Below are positions 1 through 8,240 of a DNA stretch of 64,000 bases, in pieces; the first letter of the stretch is position 1; every line of letters begins with the position of its first letter. The notes under the pieces were generated by a model. That model ran no database searches. It was not told the origin of the DNA and saw only the letters and a program-made list of their open reading frames with translations. Source of the DNA: Fusobacterium sp. GTDB taxonomy: Bacteria > Cyanobacteriota > Vampirovibrionia > Gastranaerophilales > Gastranaerophilaceae. Where the stretch lies: the NCBI GenBank assembly GCA_023662905.1, contig JAMPIJ010000006.1, positions 426-64,425 of the forward strand, written 5' to 3'. Made by a program: the position numbers and the translations under genes.

Positions 1-23
1 TGGAAATCGAAATAAAGGAAAAC

Positions 24-998
24 ATGAATTTCCCAAATCGCGCTGCACAAAAAATGACCGTAGGTGATTTAATCGACAGATTTTTAAAATATGAACTTCC
101 CAAAAAGAAACCCAAAATTCAAAAAGATTTTATCAAAGCCCTTAACTGGTACAAAAATGAAATCGGTTGCTTGTATCTTTTAAACATACAAACCGCAAAA
201 CTTGTTGAATGCCGCGACAAACTATCACAAAAGCTTAAAGAAGTTCCAATGAAAAATGGAGCAATAAAAATAACACAAGAAAAAATTTCACCGGCAACAG
301 TTAACCGTTATATGACATATATGCGCGTTGTATTTTCCTATGCTGTAAATGATTTGGATATTTTAGCTATAAACCCTATGGCAAAAGTAAAAAAACTTTC
401 TGAAAATAACGAACGAACAAGATGTCTTGAACTAAGCGAAATACAAAAACTTCTCGACGGGTGCAACAAACATTCACAAGAATTGTTTCTATGTGTCCTA
501 ATTGCCTTACTTGCAGATGCACGCAAAAGCGAAATATTAAATCTTACTTGGCAGAATGTAGATTTAACTCATAAAATGTTCTATTTCCTCAACCGCAAAA
601 ATAAACAAAATATTGGCGTTCCAATTCATGATTATTTATACAAACAACTTTTAGCCTACAAACAACAATGCAAATTACGTAACCTTAAAAATGATTACCT
701 TTTTATGACTGAAGATGGCAAACCCAAAGAAACACTTATTGGAAAAATATTTCCCAAAGTAGCTCAATCTTGTGGAATAGAAAATTTCCGTTTTCACGAT
801 TTACGCCATACTGGCGCAAGCTGGCAAGCTATGAGTGGTATATCACAACCAATAACACAACGAATCCTAGGGCATAAAAGCCCGTCAATGACAAACAGAT
901 ATTCTCACCTAAGAGACGACGGTCTTCGACCAGCAGTCAACCAAGTCGGTGACATCCTGTTATCTGAATGGCTGAAAGAAGAAAATATTAAGAATTAA
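24..998 (+). CDS. int: Tyrosine-type site-specific recombinase (phage integrase family)
   Basis: 324-aa ORF with visible catalytic signature: ARKSEILNLTW (Arg I), HDLRHTGAS (H-x-x-R) and MTNRYSHL (Tyr nucleophile). N-terminal SAM-like core-binding region. Confidence 0.9.
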   Translation: MNFPNRAAQKMTVGDLIDRFLKYELPKKKPKIQKDFIKALNWYKNEIGCLYLLNIQTAKLVECRDKLSQKLKEVPMKNGAIKITQEKISPATVNRYMTYMRVVFSYAVNDLDILAINPMAKVKKLSENNERTRCLELSEIQKLLDGCNKHSQELFLCVLIALLADARKSEILNLTWQNVDLTHKMFYFLNRKNKQNIGVPIHDYLYKQLLAYKQQCKLRNLKNDYLFMTEDGKPKETLIGKIFPKVAQSCGIENFRFHDLRHTGASWQAMSGISQPITQRILGHKSPSMTNRYSHLRDDGLRPAVNQVGDILLSEWLKEENIKN

Positions 999-1359
999 AA
1001 ACAATTTCTTAAATTTAATAGCAAATATAGAAAATTTATCTTAACATTTCACCAAAAATTTTATTAAGATTGTAAATTTGGGCTGCAAAAAATTGTTACT
1101 TAATAAACTTTAACAAAGTCTCCAAATAACGATGAAAAGATAAAAACAGATGATATTATATTTATAGAAGACAAATTCTTCTTTAAATCGCAAAGGAAAT
1201 ACCTTTTAAGATTTTGAAGAATTTTATAATAAGGAAATGAAAAATGGTAAAATTTTCTATTTATTTTTCTGCATACTTGTGAACCCGTAAAAAGACATCA
1301 ATTTATAAATATATATTTACACTAGGAGTTTTTCGCTCCGTGACGATTGAGGTAAAACT

Positions 1360-1578
1360 ATGTCAATAAACAACAACTTGCTAACTGTTCGGCAATTTAA
1401 TGAACAGTATCCAAATTTTAAAGAGAGCGCATTGAGAGCTTTAATTTTTAATTCACACACTAATGGCTTTGAAAAAGTTATCATCCGTTTCAGCCCAACC
1501 GGCAAACGCGGCAAAATTTTGCTTGACGTAACGGCATTCTTTGAATGGCTAAAAGAACAAAACAAGGGGGTGGCATAA
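1360..1578 (+). CDS. Excisionase/AlpA-like helix-turn-helix DNA-binding protein
   Basis: 72 aa. LLTVRQF...ILLDVTAFFEWLKEQ matches the layout of HTH_17/excisionase-family proteins. RBS GAGGT upstream. Lies downstream of the integrase. Confidence 0.6.
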   Translation: MSINNNLLTVRQFNEQYPNFKESALRALIFNSHTNGFEKVIIRFSPTGKRGKILLDVTAFFEWLKEQNKGVA

Positions 1579-1862
1579 TGAACTACGTTGTACATTTTTG
1601 TAAGAATCATCAGTGTGATAATGCTTGGATAGATAAAGACCTAACCAACGCAAAAACACGACCACCGCAATGGAAGTATTGTCGCGAATGTTGTGAACGA
1701 ATGGGGATTGATTTTGATACCCAAACGCCTCCGAGTAGAGAACTCAAAAACACGCTACAAGGTGGAGTTAATGCCCCTAAAATCGACGATAAGGGTTATT
1801 TAGATATCATTAGTAGTATAATAGTAAATTCGTTAAAATACGAAGAAAGGAAGATTATATAA
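1578..1862 (+). CDS. Cys-rich (zinc-ribbon-like) hypothetical protein
   Basis: ATG at 1578 overlaps the upstream stop (TAATG) and follows AAGGGGGTGG. Contains C-x4-H-x-C and C-x2-CC cysteine clusters. Confidence 0.5.
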   Translation: MNYVVHFCKNHQCDNAWIDKDLTNAKTRPPQWKYCRECCERMGIDFDTQTPPSRELKNTLQGGVNAPKIDDKGYLDIISSIIVNSLKYEERKII

Positions 1863-2218
1863 TGACAGACATTTTTGTACATATTGATTCGTACATCTTA
1901 AACATGCAGGAGCTAAAAGCCTGCGACAAAATTGTATATGCTAGAATTGTAAATATGGGCAACAAATATTATGATACTAATATGGACGAACTAACTTGTC
2001 TTACCGGTTATACACCCCAAACAATTTACAAACGACTAAATGAAATGGTAGATATGGGACTTTTGGCAAAGAGAGAACTTATCGTAAAAGGTAATGTTCC
2101 AAGAACAATCTATGTTGCACTCATTGACGAAAATGGTCCGCGCGATTTAAGAGAGGTTGAAATGTATCTTGATGAAGGCGAGGAGAGAATGCGTCAACAT
2201 TACAATAAAGATAATTAA
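1862..2218 (+). CDS. Winged-helix DNA-binding protein, hypothetical (island regulator/replication-type)
   Basis: 118 aa with a TAATG start/stop overlap with the previous ORF. ELTCLTGYTPQTIYKRLNEMVDMGLL looks like a wHTH. Confidence 0.5.
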   Translation: MTDIFVHIDSYILNMQELKACDKIVYARIVNMGNKYYDTNMDELTCLTGYTPQTIYKRLNEMVDMGLLAKRELIVKGNVPRTIYVALIDENGPRDLREVEMYLDEGEERMRQHYNKDN

Positions 2219-2353
2219 ACCATAATACAAATTAATACGGTACCACATAAAAAAATAACATGGTACCATACGAAAAAATATTATATATAGTAAGTACTTA
2301 ATAAGTATGTAATTACTAATGCGTATAAAAGTCGAAAAATTTCATTTTTCTTG

Positions 2354-2393
2354 AGCAGGATTTGTGATATTTCAATAATCCTGCTTTTGTTTT
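2354..2393 (+). terminator. Rho-independent terminator after the 1360-2218 operon
   Basis: 9-bp stem AGCAGGATT/AATCCTGCT followed by TTTGTTTT. A second small hairpin AAAGGAC/GTCCTTT lies just downstream. Confidence 0.6.
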
Positions 2394-2498
2394 ACAAAGG
2401 ACGATGTCCTTTCTTTTACACGTTTTCTTAGACTATAAAGGATAAGGGAACGTGTATTCTATAATACACACAAGCAATGCCTTATGGCATAGCGAATA

Positions 2499-2534
2499 CC
2501 CCACCCCCTATTGCGCGCACCCCCTCCCCGCCCC
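2499..2534 (-). repeat. Cluster of five C4-5 runs (G-quadruplex-capable on the minus strand)
   Basis: CCCC-A-CCCCC-N11-CCCCC-T-CCCC-G-CCCC within 36 nt of non-coding, otherwise AT-rich island DNA. Confidence 0.5.
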
Positions 2535-2645
2535 AGGGCAAAAGGCGCTATTTTTAATATTCGAAACATACATATTTTGGCTATATGTAATCTACCATAT
2601 TATAGCTATAAATGCTCATATATCGGGGTATTGTATGTGGGGATA

Positions 2646-2969
2646 TTAAAACAGGGAGCTGACTAGTTTATATAAAATTTGTAATCGTTCTTTATCAAAT
2701 TTTAAAAACTCAACTTTTTGGATAATATAATTGTACATATCATCTTCTTTATTATCGCTAAATGTAAAAAGTTCATTTGGTGTAATTTCTAAAAGCTCAA
2801 TAATTTTTTCAAGGGTTTGAGCTGTCATAAACGCATTACCCGTTTCAATACTACTTAGAGTGTTAGTTGCTATGCCTATTTTTTCGGCAAATGATTCTTG
2901 GCTAAAGCCTTTGATTTTTCTAAGGTTTTGGATTCGTTTACCTAATTGTAGCTGGATGTTATTTTTCAT
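2646..2969 (-). CDS. XRE-family helix-turn-helix transcriptional repressor
   Basis: LGKRIQNLRKIKGFSQESFAEKIGIATNTLSSIETG is a canonical Cro/C1 HTH. The start at 2969 (MKNN) is preferred because of an upstream GAGGT RBS. Divergent from the 3088 operon. Confidence 0.85.
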   Translation of the reverse strand: MKNNIQLQLGKRIQNLRKIKGFSQESFAEKIGIATNTLSSIETGNAFMTAQTLEKIIELLEITPNELFTFSDNKEDDMYNYIIQKVEFLKFDKERLQILYKLVSSLF

Positions 2970-3025
2970 TAAACTAACCTCAAATATAATTATAAAGGGG
3001 AAGTAAAACCAATCTAACAATGTTT

Positions 3026-3060
3026 AACATGTTGACGATACATCTAAAACATGTTATAAT
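3026..3060 (+). promoter_or_regulatory. Sigma-70 consensus-like promoter with two palindromic AACATGTT boxes (putative XRE operators)
   Basis: TTGACG (3032-3037), a 17-nt spacer, then TATAAT (3055-3060). The palindrome AACATGTT occurs at 3026-3033 and 3048-3055, 22 bp apart, overlapping the -35 and -10. Confidence 0.6.
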
Positions 3061-3087
3061 TGATTTGTATAGAAAGGATTCTTAAAA

Positions 3088-3357
3088 ATGAACAACGAAT
3101 TAATCATTACGTTTAAAATATTGTTGGAACAATTCTCACGTGAACACGCTGTAAAGCTTTCAAGCTTATATCCATTTAGTGCAAACAATGAAACAATTGC
3201 CGTTATGGGGTTGCAATCTGAACTTCAAGAACTGGAACAGGAGCTAAGAGATTATATTACAAAAGAAATCCAGAATTTAACCTACGGCTGTACAATCTCT
3301 GAGTTCCATATAAATGATGAACCGACTAAAATGGTTATAGCTTTTGATATTAATTAG
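3088..3357 (+). CDS. Hypothetical small cytoplasmic protein (first gene of the five-gene cassette)
   Basis: 89 aa, RBS AAAGGA upstream, no signal peptide, no recognisable motif. Confidence 0.5.
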   Translation: MNNELIITFKILLEQFSREHAVKLSSLYPFSANNETIAVMGLQSELQELEQELRDYITKEIQNLTYGCTISEFHINDEPTKMVIAFDIN

Positions 3358-3380
3358 TAAAATAAAAAGTGAGGAATAAT

Positions 3381-3644
3381 ATGAAAAAATTTTTAGTTAT
3401 GCTTTTCTTAATGTTTGCATTTATGCCAAATTGCACATTTGCTTACTACAATTATCCAAGTGGTAATCCTATAATAAATGAACAAAGACAAGTAGCAAAC
3501 CAGCAACGAATGATGGAAATGCAACGGCAACAACTTAAACAACAAGAAGAAATGTTACGTATTCAAAGACAAAGAGAAAATGCAAGACTTGACGCACAAA
3601 TACGTAAAAATGGTTTTAATTCTGTTCCGATGAGCAGATATTAA
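3381..3644 (+). CDS. Small exported protein with Q/R-rich coiled coil
   Basis: ATG at 3381 is preceded by GAGGA. Signal peptide MKKFLVMLFLMFAFMPNCTFA, then QRQVANQQRMMEMQRQQLKQQEEMLRIQRQRENARL. Confidence 0.55.
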   Translation: MKKFLVMLFLMFAFMPNCTFAYYNYPSGNPIINEQRQVANQQRMMEMQRQQLKQQEEMLRIQRQRENARLDAQIRKNGFNSVPMSRY

Positions 3645-3662
3645 TATTATTTGAGGATATTC

Positions 3663-4064
3663 ATGAAAAAATTATTTACATTCTTTTGTTGTATATTAAT
3701 GCTTTCATTGTCTGCTAATGCCACTAACTGGGTTGAAGTTTCTAAAGGAACTTATATAGACACTGATAGTATCATTCAGGGTAAACAGATAACTATTTAT
3801 TGGGATAAAGAACTCAGGGTTGGAACATTCGAGGGTCTACTAAATAAAAAAATCAGTAAAATAATATCGAAAAATATGGTTTATTGTGGTAGCAGGCTAG
3901 TTAAAATGTTGGAATCCTATGTGTACGATGAGCAAGAAAACCTTATCCGCTCATACACATTCTATGATATCCCCAATAAGCACAGTATTGTTCCTGATAG
4001 TGTTGGAGAAACAGCATTTAACTTTGTTTGCCAATATGGTAACACTAACTTCAATTTAAAATGA
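3663..4064 (+). CDS. Small exported protein, hypothetical
   Basis: ATG at 3663 is preceded by GAGGA. Signal peptide MKKLFTFFCCILMLSLSANA. The mature part is beta-rich in composition with two Cys. Confidence 0.55.
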   Translation: MKKLFTFFCCILMLSLSANATNWVEVSKGTYIDTDSIIQGKQITIYWDKELRVGTFEGLLNKKISKIISKNMVYCGSRLVKMLESYVYDEQENLIRSYTFYDIPNKHSIVPDSVGETAFNFVCQYGNTNFNLK

Positions 4065-4075
4065 AAGGATAACTT

Positions 4076-4960
4076 ATGAATGATTCATTTGATGTAATTC
4101 AGGATACGAATATAACGTTTGACGATGTTGGCGGAATGGAAGAATTAAAAGAAGAAATTCAGCTAAATATTATTTATCCTTTTAAAAATCCCGATTTATA
4201 TATTCAGTATGGCAAAAAAGCCGGCGGTGGAATTTTAATGTACGGTCCACCGGGGTGCGGCAAGACGTATATCGCAAAAGCTACCGCGAATGAATGCGAG
4301 GCAACATTTATCAACATTTCGCTTGTGGATGTCTTGGACATGTATGTCGGGGAGTCTGAAAGAAAACTTCACGAGATATTTAATCTTGCACGTCGAAAAG
4401 CTCCCGCCGTTATTTTTATAGATGAAATAGACGCACTTGGCAACGACCGAATGAAAACAGGCACAAATGTTCAGGCTAGAACTTTAGTCAACCAGTTTTT
4501 AACAGAACTTGACGGAGTTGCTAGTAATAATCATCAAATAATGATACTTGGTTCTACAAATGTTCCTTGGTTCGTAGATACAGCACTTAAGCGACCTGGA
4601 CGTTTCGACAAAACTTTATTTGTTCCGCCACCTGAAATTAAAGCAAGAGAAGAAATTTTTAAATTAAATCTTGTCGGGAAACCTATTGCACAAATAGATT
4701 ATGAAAGATTAGCACGTGAAACCGAAGAGTTTTCACCGGCGGACATTGTCGGTGTTTGCAGTGTTGCTATTGATAATATTATTCGCAAAGCGATAAAGAC
4801 AGGGCAAAAAGATTTGATTACAACAGAGGCTCTATTACAAGCGATAAGTGAGGTTAAGCCGTCTACTATTGAATGGTTTGAAACCGCCAAGAATTATGTC
4901 AAATACAGCAACCAAAGTGGTCACTATGACGATGTTATGCACTATCTAAACAGAAAGTAG
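4076..4960 (+). CDS. Single-domain classic-clade AAA+ ATPase (Cdc48/FtsH/Vps4-like module)
   Basis: Walker A GPPGCGKTY, Walker B VIFIDEIDAL, SRH-type STNVPWFVDTALKRPGRFD. Only about 25 aa precede the ATPase core. Confidence 0.85.
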   Translation: MNDSFDVIQDTNITFDDVGGMEELKEEIQLNIIYPFKNPDLYIQYGKKAGGGILMYGPPGCGKTYIAKATANECEATFINISLVDVLDMYVGESERKLHEIFNLARRKAPAVIFIDEIDALGNDRMKTGTNVQARTLVNQFLTELDGVASNNHQIMILGSTNVPWFVDTALKRPGRFDKTLFVPPPEIKAREEIFKLNLVGKPIAQIDYERLARETEEFSPADIVGVCSVAIDNIIRKAIKTGQKDLITTEALLQAISEVKPSTIEWFETAKNYVKYSNQSGHYDDVMHYLNRK

Positions 4961-4963
4961 TTT

Positions 4964-5830
4964 ATGGTTGATATTCAAAAAACATATAAAAGAGCTTTAA
5001 CAGCTTTAAAGTTACGCAAATATGAGTTTGCAATTTCGCAGGCGAAAGAAATTCTTAGCCAAAACCCTAATATTAGTGGGGCGTATGCAATATTAGCCCA
5101 AGCTTATTATGGTTTGAACAATTATGTTGAGGCTGAATCCTGTATAAAGCAAGCTTTAAAAGGCAACCCGACGAATGTAGATTATTTGTGCTGGTATTGT
5201 GCGATTTTAAATGCAGAAGAACAGTATGAAAAAGCCTTAAGTGTTTCCGATGAGGCACTTACAATAGAGCCTACAGACACAACTGTAATGTATTGGCGAG
5301 GCTTGGCATTGCATAGATTGGGTAAATTAGAACGAGCAGAAGATGTAACTAAATATTTGTTAAACAAAGAGCCTAATGATGATAGCAATCACCAGCTTTT
5401 GGCTAAAATTTACGCTGAGAAACAACAAATAAATGAAGCGTCATTAGAATATGAAAAAGCATTAGAGTTAAATCCCAATAATGCCGTTACATACAATAAT
5501 TATGCTCTTATGAAAATTGATAATGAAGGAGTCTATGAAGATGAATCCATTCAATTATTAAAAGAATCTTTACGCTTAAATCCCGAAGATAAAATTGTCC
5601 AAAATAATTTGAAATTTGCTTTAAAAAAGAAAAAAATACGAAAGATAACTTTAAAAATAATATGCCTAATCATTATTCCAACATTTTTAATAGGAATTGT
5701 GGCAATTATAGCGTTGGGTATTCACTGTTTTAAGCATTACCCTGAGATATTTAATCTCTTTATATCTCTCTGTTGCGCTATAGGTATTTTGTATAACTAT
5801 AAGAATGATAAAGCAAAAAGTAATAAGTAA
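4964..5830 (+). CDS. TPR-repeat protein with C-terminal transmembrane anchor
   Basis: About five TPR-like 34-aa repeats (A-x3-Y/ALxxNP patterns). C-terminal hydrophobic segments LKIICLIIIPTFLIGIVAIIALGI and LFISLCCAIGILY. Separated by 3 nt from the AAA+ gene. Confidence 0.75.
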   Translation: MVDIQKTYKRALTALKLRKYEFAISQAKEILSQNPNISGAYAILAQAYYGLNNYVEAESCIKQALKGNPTNVDYLCWYCAILNAEEQYEKALSVSDEALTIEPTDTTVMYWRGLALHRLGKLERAEDVTKYLLNKEPNDDSNHQLLAKIYAEKQQINEASLEYEKALELNPNNAVTYNNYALMKIDNEGVYEDESIQLLKESLRLNPEDKIVQNNLKFALKKKKIRKITLKIICLIIIPTFLIGIVAIIALGIHCFKHYPEIFNLFISLCCAIGILYNYKNDKAKSNK

Positions 5831-5926
5831 TCTACGATAAAAAATCTATAATAAATTATTAATTTTTTGTTTATTTTTTGTAAGTTTGAACAAAAATACT
5901 CTATTCTATAAATAGGGAGAATTGCA

Positions 5927-6493
5927 ATGGAAGAAAAAATGATTCAAATTTTAAAAAAGCAAGTAGAGTTATTGGATGAGATACAAACCGTATCAGAGTT
6001 AAGCGACTGGAAAGAAAAAACAAAAATTTTTGTTTGTCGTATATATCAAGAAAATTCTCCTCAGTATAAACAATTTTTAAACATCAGAGCCTATCCAAAT
6101 ATATACACAATAGATACAAAACCAAATGTGCCCAAAGCTGTATTTAATGCAAAAAACATTTTAAATGGTTTTATTGAAGATATTGAAAATTTTGGATTGC
6201 CTAATAATCAAGCCCAAAAAGAAATTGTTTCTGTAAGAACTCCACACATAAATATTGAAAATAAACCTGTATTCACTCAATCTCAAACACAACAACAAAC
6301 TCAAAATACTGAAGATATTATCAAAGACGAACTTCCACCTGCAAGAATGAGAGAAATCGAAAAAGTTCTTAAAGCTAATGAACCTCACGAAACGAAACTA
6401 CAAAAGGTTGGTGATATACTACAAAAGGTTGGGATTGGCGTTGTTTCTTCCACTTTAGCTAAAATCATTACTTCATCAATGGGTGTTTTATAG
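5927..6493 (+). CDS. Hypothetical protein with hydrophobic/amphipathic C-terminus
   Basis: 188 aa, GGGAG RBS, C-terminal VGIGVVSSTLAKIITSSMGVL. No recognised family. Confidence 0.45.
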   Translation: MEEKMIQILKKQVELLDEIQTVSELSDWKEKTKIFVCRIYQENSPQYKQFLNIRAYPNIYTIDTKPNVPKAVFNAKNILNGFIEDIENFGLPNNQAQKEIVSVRTPHINIENKPVFTQSQTQQQTQNTEDIIKDELPPARMREIEKVLKANEPHETKLQKVGDILQKVGIGVVSSTLAKIITSSMGVL

Positions 6494-6495
6494 AC

Positions 6496-6837
6496 ATGTA
6501 TCAAAATTATAATTACAATCAAGCATTCTTATATCCTAAGCAGCCAACTTCTGCTCGTGAAGTTAGAGAAATGGCTAAACAAAGGAATCCAATTATTGAA
6601 ACAGACAAAAATATTGAAAAATGCCTTGTTGAAGGCAAATATCAAACCCAATTATTGAACGACACACAAAAAATTATTAATGAAAACGCTGAAATAGTAA
6701 AACAATTATCGCTTCAAATAAAATCAATAGAAGATTCCTCTAATAAGCAATATAAAACAGCTTTAATAATATCAATAATTACAGGATTATTTGCCGCAGG
6801 TTCTTTTGTATTAGCTCTAATACAAGTTTATATGTAA
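6496..6837 (+). CDS. Hypothetical tail-anchored membrane protein
   Basis: 113 aa, 2-nt gap from the previous ORF, a single C-terminal TM ALIISIITGLFAAGSFVLALIQVYM. Confidence 0.45.
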   Translation: MYQNYNYNQAFLYPKQPTSAREVREMAKQRNPIIETDKNIEKCLVEGKYQTQLLNDTQKIINENAEIVKQLSLQIKSIEDSSNKQYKTALIISIITGLFAAGSFVLALIQVYM

Positions 6838-6953
6838 AAGTTAAGAATTATTTTGTTAAAAATTTTAAGAAAACATATAATCTTTCTTGCCGTTTTATAT
6901 TAAATTTGTAATAATAGACTTATGAATTTAATCTTAAAAAGAGGAAAGAAATA

Positions 6954-8114
6954 TTGGTTCCTAAGTATGATGAAAAAAAAGTTTTACGTAGATTAGAAGA
7001 AATACAAGAAGTCCATGAAACTATTATAAATTCTGAACCTACTGATAAATTTAATATTTTATCATTACTTGCCTATATGTTATGGCAATATCCTAATACT
7101 AGAAATAGCGATATTACTCTAGCTCTTGAATTTTATAAAAAATTTTACCCTGAAATAGTTAAAGAGTCTTTAATAAAATTTGAAGACTTTTTCAAAATAC
7201 CTAAAATGTATGATATTCAACGAGCGAGAGCAAAAATCCAAAATACGGAAGGACTATTCCCTGCCAAAGAAAGTGTTATTCAAAAAAGGATTAAGAAAGA
7301 ACAAGAATATAGATTATATTTTAAAAATGAAAATACAGAGCCATTAACGAATCCCTCTGATTATTATATATATTTTGATGAGAGTGGAAAGACCGACAAG
7401 TATTTTATACTTGCAGGAATCTTGATTAATAGTGAAATTAGCAATAAATATTTTAGTGACAAACTTAATATAATAAAAACAAGACTGAATAAAAAATATA
7501 ATCAAAATATCAAAGAATTAAAATTTACTTCAATTGATAAGAAAAATATAAATTTCCATAAAGAGTTTATTACTAATCTATTTGAGGAAGATGTATTACC
7601 AACATTTGTTTCTATTATTATAGAAAATAAAGGTTTGAAACAATCTTCACAAAAAAAGAAAACAGAAAATTTATTAAGAATAATTTTACTAGATAGCATA
7701 ACATCTGTTATAGTACGGACAACTTGCTGTTCTTCATTTGGCAATACAAAAGCAAGTTTAAATATCATACTAGATAAAGATGGAGCCGGCTACGATACAT
7801 TAGAACTTGAAAACTTCAAACAGGATTTAATTTCATCAATAAACAAACAATTCAAATATTTTGTTAGCCTAGATAGTTTTGGTTATAATGATTCAAAAGA
7901 AAATATATTAATTCAGCTGGCAGATTTGTATGCAAGTTCCTTAAATAATATTTTCTCAGATATACCCGAAACCTCTGAAAATGCAAAATGTAAAAAACAA
8001 TTTGCCCAATTATTAATTGAACTAATTGGTTTAAAGTCATTAGAAGATAAAAAGGCGCCAAAGAAAAATAAAGTTAGATTCCTTAATAAATTTGTTTCAC
8101 ACAACATGTATTAA
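6954..8114 (+). CDS. DUF3800-family protein with about 130-aa N-terminal extension
   Basis: YYIYFDESGK near residue 138 and IQLADLYASSL near the C-terminus resemble the two DUF3800 signature motifs as I recall them. TTG start follows AAGAGGAAAG. Confidence 0.55.
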   Translation: MVPKYDEKKVLRRLEEIQEVHETIINSEPTDKFNILSLLAYMLWQYPNTRNSDITLALEFYKKFYPEIVKESLIKFEDFFKIPKMYDIQRARAKIQNTEGLFPAKESVIQKRIKKEQEYRLYFKNENTEPLTNPSDYYIYFDESGKTDKYFILAGILINSEISNKYFSDKLNIIKTRLNKKYNQNIKELKFTSIDKKNINFHKEFITNLFEEDVLPTFVSIIIENKGLKQSSQKKKTENLLRIILLDSITSVIVRTTCCSSFGNTKASLNIILDKDGAGYDTLELENFKQDLISSINKQFKYFVSLDSFGYNDSKENILIQLADLYASSLNNIFSDIPETSENAKCKKQFAQLLIELIGLKSLEDKKAPKKNKVRFLNKFVSHNMY

Positions 8115-8189
8115 ATATACTTTACAAACTTACCTATATGTTGAATTGTAAAAATAATATTTACAAAACAGAATATTTATATAGCATTT

Positions 8190-8220
8190 TTGTACATTTT
8201 TCACGAATTCGTGATATAAT
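8190..8220 (+). promoter_or_regulatory. Extended -10 promoter overlapped by a perfect 14-bp palindrome
   Basis: TTGTAC (8190-8195), TGaTATAAT (8212-8220), and palindrome TCACGAATTCGTGA (8201-8214) between them. It lies 20 nt upstream of the ATPase gene start. Confidence 0.5.
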
Positions 8221-8240
8221 TTTATAGAAAGGGTAATAAA

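Noticed and set aside
2452-2649. 65-aa ORF spanning the C-run region
   Set aside because: No RBS. Its Pro-rich stretch is a by-product of the C-runs. It overlaps the 3' end of the XRE gene. Treated as non-coding.
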